From the NCBI GenBank assembly GCA_043765655.1, contig JAYUIW010000015.1:1-32810 (forward strand): a stretch of 32,810 nucleotides of DNA, written 5' to 3'. Below the pieces are notes generated by a model. It did no database searches, was not told the DNA's origin, and saw nothing but the letters and a program-made list of their open reading frames with translations. The position numbers were made by a program, and so were the translations under genes. Positions 1 through 8,559 of the stretch are shown here, piece after piece. The stretch's first letter is position 1. The number at the start of each line of letters is the position of its first letter. The stretch is from a bacterium (GTDB lineage Bacteria > Patescibacteriota > JACMRA01).

Positions 1-20
1 CTAAAATGGTTTTAAACAGA

Positions 21-61
21 TTGTCATTTTGAACGAATGTGAAAAATCCCCTGTTGTTCAA
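21..61 (+). repeat. REP-like palindrome, family A (GTCATTYTGAAC...AATCCCCTGTTGTTCA)
   Basis: Near-identical to 20691-20730 and related to 20591-20630 and, inverted, 20935-20964. Confidence 0.85.
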
Positions 62-105
62 ACCTAAGGTTGTAAATAAGCTATCTTTTTAAGTAAAAAC
101 TTTAG

Positions 106-290
106 CTGTCATCCTGAATTTATTTCAGGATCTAAAATAGTTTTTGTTGAGTTAAGTTGCTTTTTTATAATTTACATGAATTATTGTTTTTTATAATTTA
201 CATGAATTATTGTTTTTTGTAAACTTTAAAATAATTAAGAAAGTCGTATTTGTTAGCTTTTTAGATCCTGAAATAAATTCAGGATGACAG
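106..290. repeat. REPIN/MITE-like unit bounded by a perfect 32-bp inverted repeat (family B palindrome)
   Basis: CTGTCATCCTGAATTTATTTCAGGATCTAAAA at 106-137 and its exact reverse complement at 259-290; further copies at 20646 and 20821. Confidence 0.9.
161..212. repeat. 26-bp tandem duplication
   Basis: TTTTTTATAATTTACATGAATTATTG at 161-186 and 187-212. Confidence 0.9.
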
Positions 291-313
291 TAAACAATGT
301 AAATTGAATAAAA

Positions 314-1126
314 CTACCCTACACTCACAATGATTCCCTGACGATGAACATTCCGCTCGAAGCCATAGTCTGTGTACATTTGAGCAACTGGTTTTTTGGA
401 ATTGGATAGTGTCAAAGTGTCAAAGTCTGCAAAAATTGGATTATTGGCAAACTCTCTCACTAGACTTGTACAGATTAGTGGTAGTTTTTTGGTTTTGGTA
501 AAATTATTATTACCCGTATACCTGCCCGCAACTGCCGTTAATTGCACTTCTTTCCAAGGTTTGGAGTTGTTATCGTAGCTCAAAGCACTAAGGCAGTAAG
601 TTCCCACAATTTCACCAACTTTACTCTTGACAACAAAACAGTTAATTAATTCATCTGCCAAAAGCCGTTCTAGATTATTCTCAAAAAAAGCAATCTTGTC
701 AGGTCTTGGAATGATCGCCTTGGGTTCTCGCTGAAAATAAACTCCATAACTATCAATCAAAAGTTGTTTTATAACACCATAGTCATCAGAGTTCGGTAAA
801 ACCTGAAAAGTTATGAATTCCTGTCCAAACTCCCAAAACCGCATATCACTATTAACCAAACTGTTGGCTTCATCTCGACTAATCGAAAAAAAGTGAGAAT
901 CGTAAGGCTCTATAGTAATATTTAATTCACGGGCCTGAGCTATAATCTCGAAGCACCTTGTGATATCCGCAGAAGTATAAGCATCAAAAACAACTTTAAT
1001 TTTGGTATTTTGTCCCAAAAGATTAGCTTCCAAATCATTGATAAGTTCAACAATTCTATCAAGACTGAGCCCAGAAGGTATTGTCAAAAAAACACTTCCT
1101 GCCAAGTCAAATATTGGTTGTAACAT
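314..1126 (-). CDS. Hypothetical protein with possible C-terminal GNAT acetyltransferase fold
   Basis: 270 aa ORF; CFVVKSKVGEIVG strand pattern and terminal VAQMYTDYGF resemble GNAT motifs. Confidence 0.45.
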   Translation of the reverse strand: MLQPIFDLAGSVFLTIPSGLSLDRIVELINDLEANLLGQNTKIKVVFDAYTSADITRCFEIIAQARELNITIEPYDSHFFSISRDEANSLVNSDMRFWEFGQEFITFQVLPNSDDYGVIKQLLIDSYGVYFQREPKAIIPRPDKIAFFENNLERLLADELINCFVVKSKVGEIVGTYCLSALSYDNNSKPWKEVQLTAVAGRYTGNNNFTKTKKLPLICTSLVREFANNPIFADFDTLTLSNSKKPVAQMYTDYGFERNVHRQGIIVSVG

Positions 1127-1178
1127 AATAATAATCTTGAACTAAAATTTTGTTTTTGTAAATAATTTTGTTTTTACA

Positions 1179-1216
1179 CCTCCTGTATAAGGGTTAAGGC
1201 AAAGCATTCGGGGTTG
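1179..1216 (+). repeat. REP-like family C element
   Basis: GGGTTAAGGCAAAGCATTCGGGGT resembles the reverse complement of 20745-20782. Confidence 0.7.
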
Positions 1217-1249
1217 CTACTTTTAGACGTTAAAAAGCATAACCTCAGA

Positions 1250-2800
1250 TTACTCTTCTTCCCCACTTTCTACCACTTCTTTTCTAACCAAAACATCTCG
1301 CTTGAGGCGAATCTTGCGTGATAGTTCCATCTCGTTAACGCTCAAAGTAGTTCCAGCAATATCAGTAACAATTTGGATTTGTTTGCCAACCATTGCGTTG
1401 AATAGTGAACTTTTACCAACATTAGGCTTACCAAGGAACAGAATTTTGGGAGGAAGTGGATCTTTGTTTTCTAGAATTTTGAGTTCTTTGTCTAGATTAG
1501 TCTCGCCTTGAGTATAGTGAATTGTCTTGAATCCCATAACTTTGGCAGCTTCGATATTAATTTTTTTGTCGTCCAAGAACACACATTTGTTGGCTTTGAG
1601 ATCATATCTCTCTAATAATGTCTTAAAAATTGCCATTTCTGGTTTGCGACAATCGGCTTCACAACTAGCAATGCCTCCATCAAAGAACTTATAAATCGGG
1701 CTTTGGCGACGCTTAAAAATACTATTCCCAATATTAGAAATGTAGTAGATATTTTTGCCAAGACTTTTTTGATATTTGATAAAATTACAGACTTCGATAT
1801 TTTCGGTAGCCAAATCATCCCAAAGCTGCTTGTACTTGTTGAACTCAATTTTGCGTCCTATTATCTTGTTGATTTCTTTTTTGAGATCAGCTGTGAACTG
1901 GTGTTCGTGTAGCTTTGAGTCGAATTCAATATAAGCTCTACGAATCTGGCTTTTTTGATCTAAGGTAAGATCGTAATCATTACCTAGAATCTCCAGCGAC
2001 TTATTAATTCCGTCCTCGAACACAACGTTATAAAAGTCAAAAATTAGCGTGTCTACATCATTCAGAGCCTTGTATTCTGCTTCTTCGTTGAACGATTCGA
2101 ACAGCCCATCGTTTTGACGAATTACATATGTTCCATCGCGAGTTTTTTCTACTTTTTTTAGCTTTTGGTCGATTTTGGGAGCTATATTCTTGATGTCAAA
2201 AAGTTCAGGGGCAATATTAGTATCAAAACCCATAATCGACAGTTGACTGACAATTTCGTCGCACAATTCTCCCAGATTATAGCCAGTATTACAACAGATA
2301 TTAATGAATCCATTCCCACCAAGGCGAGCATATTCTGCAATTGATTTATCTAAATTTGGATCGTCGACTTTGTTAATCGCGATGATAAAAGGTTTGCCAG
2401 TTTGCCAGATTTTCTTGATGATTTTGTCACTAATTGAATCGACATTCTGCTTACGATCGATAACCCACACCAGAAGATCAGCCTGAGCAATTGCTCCCCA
2501 AGATTTGATTTGAACTTCTTTTTGGATTTGGTCTTGTGGATCTGGAACTAGTCCGCCTGTATCTACGATTTTGAAGTAATTATTAACCCACTCGACTTCG
2601 CCGTTGTTGAGATCTCGAGTTGTATGCTCTTCCTTAGCGACGATTGCAACTTTGGTTTCGCACAGACGATTGACAAGGCTAGACTTCCCAGCATTAGGCA
2701 GTCCGATTAGTGCAACTAGAGGAATTTTGGTGGAGGTTGTTGACGGAGTTTCAGAAGAATTGAAGACTGAGCTGGAATTTTGGAGTGAATTGTTTTTCAT
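1250..2800 (-). CDS. der: Der/EngA GTPase N-terminal part: GD1, inserted HAD phosphatase domain, first part of GD2; lacks rest of GD2 and the KH domain
   Basis: GD1 GLPNAGKS, TTRD, DTGG, NKVD; HAD motifs IFDFYNV, ISN, KPEMAIF, FLDDKKINIEAA; second P-loop GKPNVGKS and IAGTT followed by TAA. Confidence 0.85.
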   Translation of the reverse strand: MKNNSLQNSSSVFNSSETPSTTSTKIPLVALIGLPNAGKSSLVNRLCETKVAIVAKEEHTTRDLNNGEVEWVNNYFKIVDTGGLVPDPQDQIQKEVQIKSWGAIAQADLLVWVIDRKQNVDSISDKIIKKIWQTGKPFIIAINKVDDPNLDKSIAEYARLGGNGFINICCNTGYNLGELCDEIVSQLSIMGFDTNIAPELFDIKNIAPKIDQKLKKVEKTRDGTYVIRQNDGLFESFNEEAEYKALNDVDTLIFDFYNVVFEDGINKSLEILGNDYDLTLDQKSQIRRAYIEFDSKLHEHQFTADLKKEINKIIGRKIEFNKYKQLWDDLATENIEVCNFIKYQKSLGKNIYYISNIGNSIFKRRQSPIYKFFDGGIASCEADCRKPEMAIFKTLLERYDLKANKCVFLDDKKINIEAAKVMGFKTIHYTQGETNLDKELKILENKDPLPPKILFLGKPNVGKSSLFNAMVGKQIQIVTDIAGTTLSVNEMELSRKIRLKRDVLVRKEVVESGEEE

Positions 2801-2810
2801 ATATATCTAA

Positions 2811-2839
2811 AGTATGTTCCCAAAAGCCTTTTTTGTCAA
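2811..2839 (-). promoter_or_regulatory. sigma70-type promoter of der
   Basis: TTGACA (2839-2834), 17 bp, CATACT (2816-2811). Confidence 0.6.
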
Positions 2840-2990
2840 AGTTATACCAATATCACTTTCAAGTTTTACAAAACACCTTCCAAAAAGCAACCAAATTCCT
2901 TTATTTCAAAATGTTTCTAGATAAAAGTCAGTCAATGTTCATATCAACTTGGATACAAATTATTAAGTTATAGTATTGATTGGTGCGCAA

Positions 2991-4187
2991 TTATTTTCCA
3001 AAAAGATTTTTGAAGAAGTTCGAAACATTATTTGAAACCTGCGAACCTTTTTTAGAAGCGTAATTCGCCATCTTTACCAGTGGATTATTACTTATATATC
3101 TACCACGTCTTTTAATAAAAATTTCTTTAGTCAAAACGTCTTCACCTCGTTTTTTCTTGTCAAACTTGGTACGATAGTCAGCAATAGCTCCCTCAAAATT
3201 AGTATATTTATCGTATTTAACACCAGTCAGATCGGCACCACGCAAATCAGCACCTTTAAGATTAGCACCTTTAAGATTAGCACCTCTAAAGATTGATTCG
3301 CTACAAAATGTATCTTGTAAATCAGCCTGACGAAAGTCAACACAATTTAAGTCACTTCGTCGTAGTTTTGCCCCTCTAAGACAAGCTTGTAATAATTTTG
3401 CAGACTGTAAATTAGCTCCATCTAAACAAGCACCAGTTAGATCAGCTTCCATAAAATTAGAATATTCCAAATTTGCTCTAATAAAATCGACTTCTCTAAC
3501 TTTAGCTTGACTAAAATTACAAAGGATTAAGCTACAACACTCAAAACTTGAACAAGACAAATCACTGTTCTCAAAACTTATTTTTCTAAATGTATATCCT
3601 CTAAAATCTCTATCTGTTGCAGTTTGATTTGAACCATTAGTAATATGCAACTTAGAATCTTTAGAACCTCTTTTGTTAAACTCAGAATTATCTTCTTCAC
3701 TGTATTTAGTAGTTTCTGCACTAATATTAATAGTTTGAGCTGGTTCAACTTTTGATTCCACTTCAGATAAAATCGGCCCGAACTTCAAAGATTGAATATC
3801 TATAGCATTAACTAAAGCAGCATTACGCTTTTCTAATTCTTGAATTTTAAAGTTGCTAATATTGTTTATTTCATATCTTTCTATAGGCTTACCTTCCTTA
3901 TCAAAAGATAAGTATAATTCAACACTTGAAGATTGTGAAGGTCGAATTTCATCAAAAACTAACATATCTAAAGTAGGTTTAGAATAACTGTCGCTAAAGC
4001 TACGCTTAGCTAAATTTGTAGCAAAATTACCTTTATCTGAATTTAGGTCTTCAGCTGTAATAATCGGCATTCCGACTGGTTCTTTACTTTTTTTAGATGT
4101 TAAAGAAGCTTGTTCTGATGTAATTTTTACTGTAGGTAATCTTGATTTAGATTGTTCTTGTTGTTGTTTTGGTTGTTCTGATGACAT
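2991..4187 (-). CDS. Pentapeptide repeat protein
   Basis: Many A(D/N)LxG-type repeats, e.g. GANLKGANLKGADLRGADLTG, after a low-complexity N-terminus. Confidence 0.9.
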   Translation of the reverse strand: MSSEQPKQQQEQSKSRLPTVKITSEQASLTSKKSKEPVGMPIITAEDLNSDKGNFATNLAKRSFSDSYSKPTLDMLVFDEIRPSQSSSVELYLSFDKEGKPIERYEINNISNFKIQELEKRNAALVNAIDIQSLKFGPILSEVESKVEPAQTINISAETTKYSEEDNSEFNKRGSKDSKLHITNGSNQTATDRDFRGYTFRKISFENSDLSCSSFECCSLILCNFSQAKVREVDFIRANLEYSNFMEADLTGACLDGANLQSAKLLQACLRGAKLRRSDLNCVDFRQADLQDTFCSESIFRGANLKGANLKGADLRGADLTGVKYDKYTNFEGAIADYRTKFDKKKRGEDVLTKEIFIKRRGRYISNNPLVKMANYASKKGSQVSNNVSNFFKNLFGK

Positions 4188-4220
4188 AATAGTTAGTGTG
4201 ATTTTATAATTACTTTTAGT

Positions 4221-4249
4221 ATTGTATCACACTTTTTTACCTTTGTCAA
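4221..4249 (-). promoter_or_regulatory. sigma70-type promoter
   Basis: TTGACA (4249-4244), 17 bp, TACAAT (4226-4221). Confidence 0.65.
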
Positions 4250-4320
4250 ATCATACTTTTTAAGTTTTCAAAACTTTTTTTGGTGATTAATTTTTATTTT
4301 TATTCCTACTCCCAAAAACA

Positions 4321-4776
4321 CTAAAACTTCTGCGTGAACCCAGATTCATTCTTGGCGAATTCCACACTAACAAAGCACACATCAGGCTTTATTTTGTCAT
4401 ACGTTTTGTATGTAGAATCGTAGAATTTGTTACCACCAGTTGTGAATTTACCTTTGATTGGATGTGTATCAGGGCATTTTGGTTCTTGGTTGGCTTTGAC
4501 CCAGTACACACCTTGGGTCGGAATAATTTTGAGATTATCAGCTTTGGTTGTTGGTTTTGGGTTGTCGATGTCTTGCTTTACAACTGTTGCAAGGACTTGA
4601 TTTATTCCAGTCTTATGCCCAAAATAAAAGCCAATTCCAAACACAAATATTATGAGAGTAATACTAATTCCATAACTTATTATTTTATTTTTGTTCAAAG
4701 TGCTAGCAAAATCAGTTACCGAGTTTTGGAGTAAGTTATTATTATTGTCTTGTGTTGGCGGAATAGCGATTGACAT
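4321..4776 (-). CDS. Membrane-anchored protein with C-terminal CP..IKG..Y..CF (sunset/Ada-like) small domain
   Basis: One TM helix; CPDTHPIKGK...Y...PDVCFVSVEFAKNESGF. Confidence 0.5.
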   Translation of the reverse strand: MSIAIPPTQDNNNNLLQNSVTDFASTLNKNKIISYGISITLIIFVFGIGFYFGHKTGINQVLATVVKQDIDNPKPTTKADNLKIIPTQGVYWVKANQEPKCPDTHPIKGKFTTGGNKFYDSTYKTYDKIKPDVCFVSVEFAKNESGFTQKF

Positions 4777-4891
4777 ATTATTAGGTGTGTTATGTTAGAA
4801 TCTATGGTTTGATTTTGGGTTTTAATTTTATATTTGTATTAACTTAGAAAGTTACAGTTTTCATATTATTCAAAAAGCATTTGTAAAAATT

Positions 4892-5836
4892 TTATCCTCC
4901 ACAACTACTTTTGTCTAGTTTGACCATGTTCTTGAATCTTGCCTGAATCTGATCTGCAGTTGGCTCTGTAGGTTGCACGAATATTACAACATCTCCAAGA
5001 AAATTATTAATACTTTTGAGCTCTTGACCAGTTACTGGATCGAGTTGTGGCTGTGTTGAAGAGTCGTTACCAAAAGAACTATTGGAACTTGTATTGTCAA
5101 CAATTTTGTTATTTAGACGCTCAGTATTTTTTTGTTGTCCGATTTCGATAAGATGTTTTTGAGCTTCGGCGTCGGTTGTGTGTTCCACTTCATTGTGAGC
5201 TAGAACTTTTATACTTGTCATAATATCACCAAAGCTTTCCAAAGCTCCATAGCGTTGAATGTCCTTGCGAACTTGGGATTCTATACCAAAAAATTGTTCA
5301 AAACTATTGTCTTTAAAATTATCAAATGTCTTTTTCTCAAAGCTCCAGTCTCCAGTCGCATTCCCTAAGCTATCCAAATTTTCTTTGCCAGTATAAATCC
5401 AAAATTGATCTTCTGATCTTGGCTTTGGAAGATCTTTACCATAGATCGGTACAGGTGTAACGCTGGGCAAAGAGTCTAACTTGAATCCCATATAGCCATC
5501 TAACCCGCCAATGTAGTTTAAGCCATAAAATTTTAGGAACTGTCCACCTGTGACATTAGCCCAGTGAAGATGTTGATAGTCTGGCTTGTTGTCATGGAAG
5601 TGCAATGGCGATGTCGTCAAAGATCCGTTACAAATATCTTTTGTATAGTCTGTCTGATATCTAGGCGAGCCAAAATCCTCTTCTTGTCCATTAAAGACGT
5701 ACTTAATCCTAAAATGTGCATGATCTTGAGTGGGAAAGGCAATATTTTCTTTGGATAATCCATAGCGAAGAGTTAGATATGTTGCACTAAGTATGAATAT
5801 AATTATTAGGAGTAATGCGGTAATTTTTTTAAACAT
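4892..5836 (-). CDS. Secreted/membrane-anchored His-rich hypothetical protein
   Basis: N-terminal hydrophobic segment; DHAHF, LHFHD and HLHW motifs; C-terminal CGG. Confidence 0.6.
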   Translation of the reverse strand: MFKKITALLLIIIFILSATYLTLRYGLSKENIAFPTQDHAHFRIKYVFNGQEEDFGSPRYQTDYTKDICNGSLTTSPLHFHDNKPDYQHLHWANVTGGQFLKFYGLNYIGGLDGYMGFKLDSLPSVTPVPIYGKDLPKPRSEDQFWIYTGKENLDSLGNATGDWSFEKKTFDNFKDNSFEQFFGIESQVRKDIQRYGALESFGDIMTSIKVLAHNEVEHTTDAEAQKHLIEIGQQKNTERLNNKIVDNTSSNSSFGNDSSTQPQLDPVTGQELKSINNFLGDVVIFVQPTEPTADQIQARFKNMVKLDKSSCGG

Positions 5837-5996
5837 ATTGAAGTAAAATTAGGTTTTTGATAAAAGTTAAAAATTGGGTTAAAAATTAGTCTAAATTAGG
5901 GAGCTAAAAATGTTATAAATACTAAAATATATAATGTCTATACTATCCTTAAATTATATTAATATTGTATTTTTTGTGCAAGCCCCAAAATATTTT

Positions 5997-6025
5997 TTGA
6001 CAAGCAAGCATAATTCAAGTAACCT
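5997..6025 (+). promoter_or_regulatory. sigma70-type promoter of the typA fragment (leaderless position)
   Basis: TTGACA 5997-6002, 17 bp, TAACCT 6020-6025, ATG at 6033. Confidence 0.65.
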
Positions 6026-6032
6026 CAAGAGT

Positions 6033-6785
6033 ATGACTGATAATATCAAAAAGCACCTCCAAAACCTTGGAATATATACCGATGTAAAGGCAATCCTCAA
6101 ACAGCTCGCCGACGGCAAAACTGATCCCAAAACTGCAAGCCAAACAATTACAACCATGATCAACGACTCGTTCAAAGTCGATACTGGAGTTAATCCGCTA
6201 CAAATTTTGGTTCTAGCGCTCAACTATGATTCATTCAAAGGAAAAATGGGTGTTGGAAAAATTATCAATGGAAGCATAACCAAGGGACAATCTATCATTG
6301 CGATCCAAGAAAACGGCATTAAAAAAGGTCGTGCTAGCTCAATTTTAACTTTTGATGGTCTCAACCTCAAAGAAATTGAATCTGCTCAAGTTGGTGAAAT
6401 CGTTATGGTTGCTGGATTAGAAGATGTAACTATTGGAGATACAATTACCACGCCAGAATTCAACAAACCCCTTCCAAGAATCAAAGTTGATGAACCAACG
6501 CTGCGAATTGTAATCGGTGTAAATACTTCTCCATTCTCTGGTAAAGAAGGCAAGCTCGGAACTAGCCGCCAAATTCGCGAAAGATTAATTAAGGAATTAG
6601 AAACTAATATTGCCCTTAGAGTAGAAGATTATCCAGGCTCAGCCGATAAATTCGTAGTCAGTGGTCGTGGAGAACTTCACCTTAGCGTACTAATCGAGAC
6701 AATGCGACGCGAAGGATTCGAACTCGAAGTCAGTAAGCCACAAGTAATCTTCAAAACAGCCTTAGAATTAGGTATTGAAATATAA
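6033..6785 (+). CDS. typA: TypA/BipA fragment with domains II and III only, plus a ~45 aa foreign N-terminal extension
   Basis: PLQILV..LNYDSFKG, IGDTI, VDEPTL, VNTSPFSGKEGK..TSRQIRERL, SGRGELHLSVLIETMRREGFELEVSKPQVI; no G domain or C-terminal domains; ATG 6033 preferred over 5934 because of promoter position. Confidence 0.88.
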   Translation: MTDNIKKHLQNLGIYTDVKAILKQLADGKTDPKTASQTITTMINDSFKVDTGVNPLQILVLALNYDSFKGKMGVGKIINGSITKGQSIIAIQENGIKKGRASSILTFDGLNLKEIESAQVGEIVMVAGLEDVTIGDTITTPEFNKPLPRIKVDEPTLRIVIGVNTSPFSGKEGKLGTSRQIRERLIKELETNIALRVEDYPGSADKFVVSGRGELHLSVLIETMRREGFELEVSKPQVIFKTALELGIEI

Positions 6786-6821
6786 ATAACTGATAATTTT
6801 TTTATAAGCTCTGTGAATAAC

Positions 6822-6848
6822 ATCTCCACAATTATGGAGGTTTTTTTT
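6822..6848 (+). terminator. Intrinsic terminator after the typA fragment
   Basis: CTCCA-caatta-TGGAG stem followed by G and T8. Confidence 0.7.
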
Positions 6849-6928
6849 GATTAATAAAATTATTGATAAATCAACATAACTTTTAACTTTTGCAAAACAC
6901 CCCTTGAAAAGAACATATATCTATTTCG

Positions 6929-6990
6929 CTAAAGACATTCTAATTAATTACTCCTTGATAAAGGGGTGAGCCGAATGGCTCGGAGATTTT
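6929..6990 (+). repeat. REP-like family C element
   Basis: CTAAAGACATTCTAA...AAGGGGTGAGCCGAATGGCTCGG shared with 24748-24855 and 20866-20907. Confidence 0.85.
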
Positions 6991-7212
6991 ATATTAAAAG
7001 ATAAATACTGAAATAGGTAAAAATTACTTCAAATTAAATTATTTTTGGGTCAAAGCCGGTCAAAGTTAACATAGATTCAAGTATAAAATAGTTCCTTTAT
7101 CTTTTATTTAACTTCGTATAAAAAATATTAATCATAGCCAACAAAGTCCAAAATAATATTAAAAACCTTCAAAATACTAAGTTGAATTGAAGTTGAATTG
7201 AAGTTAATCTCT

Positions 7213-7241
7213 TTGACAAAGTTAACAGAATAAAGTATTAT
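7213..7241 (+). promoter_or_regulatory. sigma70 promoter of rnpB
   Basis: TTGACA 7213-7218, 17 bp, TATTAT 7236-7241; P1 begins at 7249. Confidence 0.8.
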
Positions 7242-7248
7242 TCCAGTA

Positions 7249-7601
7249 TGGTTAGTTGGACGATGGCTGTTGCAAAACAGAGGAAAGTCGGAACACTAGT
7301 GGACTGCAAAGTTCATTGTGAGTAGCGGGCTTTAATCCGCCGTGGGTAACCATAGGGAGCCCAAAATCGTCAAGAAAGTAAGGCTGAAAAGTGCAACAGA
7401 AAACATACCGCCTTAGACCGTCAAAAGTTCAAGGTAAGGGTCAAAACGTGAGGTAAGAGCTCACGCACGAAGGCTGGCAACAGTCCGTGTGGCAAACCCT
7501 ACTCGGTGCAACCTCAAAAAAGGTAGAGGGCAAAGATAAATCATCGTCTCTGCGATCGTCAAAACATCGTAACAGACAGAATTCCGCTTATAGACTAACC
7601 A
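7249..7601 (+). ncRNA. rnpB: RNase P RNA
   Basis: GAGGAAAGTC, AGTGCAACAGAAA, GGTAAGAG, GGCAAACC, ACAGAATTCCGCTTA; P1 TGGTTAGTT/GACTAACCA; P2 GACGATG/CATCGTC. Confidence 0.96.
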
Positions 7602-7617
7602 AATCAAAATAAATCAA

Positions 7618-8521
7618 ATGTCTGAGCAAATCAAAGAAAAATTATTTAATAGAAGGGAAATATTAAGTGTTTTATTATTGCTAACATCTTTTCCAAGTCT
7701 ACTTTCAAATATTTTTTTTAAAATAGTACTAAAAAAACCAGAATTATTAAGAGGTATTAAAGATAAAATACCCAAGTCTAAAACTGAATCAAAAGTTGAA
7801 GATTCTGTATTCTTGTATAACGGTGCTAAAAATTACTTTAATATTGAAGTAGAGCATGACGATAAAAAATTAGAAAAACAAATTGAATTAATCTATCTAC
7901 AACTATCAAAATCAGATGTAATATTCATTGAAAGTACCTGGGATGAATTCCCAGATATAAAATCTACATATTTTTCAAAGCTTTCTAGAATTCTTAGAAG
8001 TCAAGATAAAAAAGTTATTGATTTTGATCCTCAAAACATATTTTTTAATCAATCAGTCACAAATGTTGGAGTTTTTTTACAATTACCACTTTATTTAAAG
8101 CTAGAGTTTACATTAGTTGTTGACGAAAAATCTGAAAATTAGACTAATTTAGAAAAAATATTAGAAACAACTCCAAAAAAAATTTTGGGACAATTAGCTC
8201 TTTTATTTGGAATTTCAAACTATGGAATATTTTCAACAGCTGGAACTATTAATTTACTTTCAAGAGATATTTTGGGTACAAATGAATTATTAATAAATAG
8301 TGATATGTCATATACAAGCGATGGAAGAAGTGTTCTTATGGCATATAAAATTTTGGAATATTGCAAAAAAACCAAATAAAAAAATAGCTTCTATTAGTAG
8401 ATACGCTCACGCAAAGCTTATTGGTTATTATCTCAAAAGAGAAAATTTGTTAGAACTAAAACGTAAAATTTATTCAATAATGTATTTTATGTATATTAGA
8501 AATAATTTTAATCAAGAATAA
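7618..8521 (+). pseudogene. Disrupted gene, possibly TraB/GumN-like
   Basis: In-frame TAG at 8140-8142 with the frame open afterwards, then a frame change near A7 at 8365-8371; motifs DVIFIE, DGRSVLMA, SRYAH. Confidence 0.55.
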
Positions 8522-8559
8522 AAAATCAAATCAAATTTTTAGCATAATAGACAACCACA

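Noticed and set aside
1250-6785. Split inteins or self-splicing introns joining the der or typA pieces
   Set aside because: No Cys/Ser-initiated intein block or His-Asn plus nucleophile junction in the extensions, and no group I/II-like sequence visible after the stops
7048-7205. Short direct repeats GGTCAAAG x2 and AAGTTGAATTG x2 upstream of rnpB
   Set aside because: Only two copies each in AT-rich DNA; compatible with slippage or chance
1250-8521. Stop-codon reassignment (UGA=Gly) as the cause of truncated genes
   Set aside because: The der and typA fragments end in TAA, the pseudogene break is TAG, and long genes read intact in the standard code
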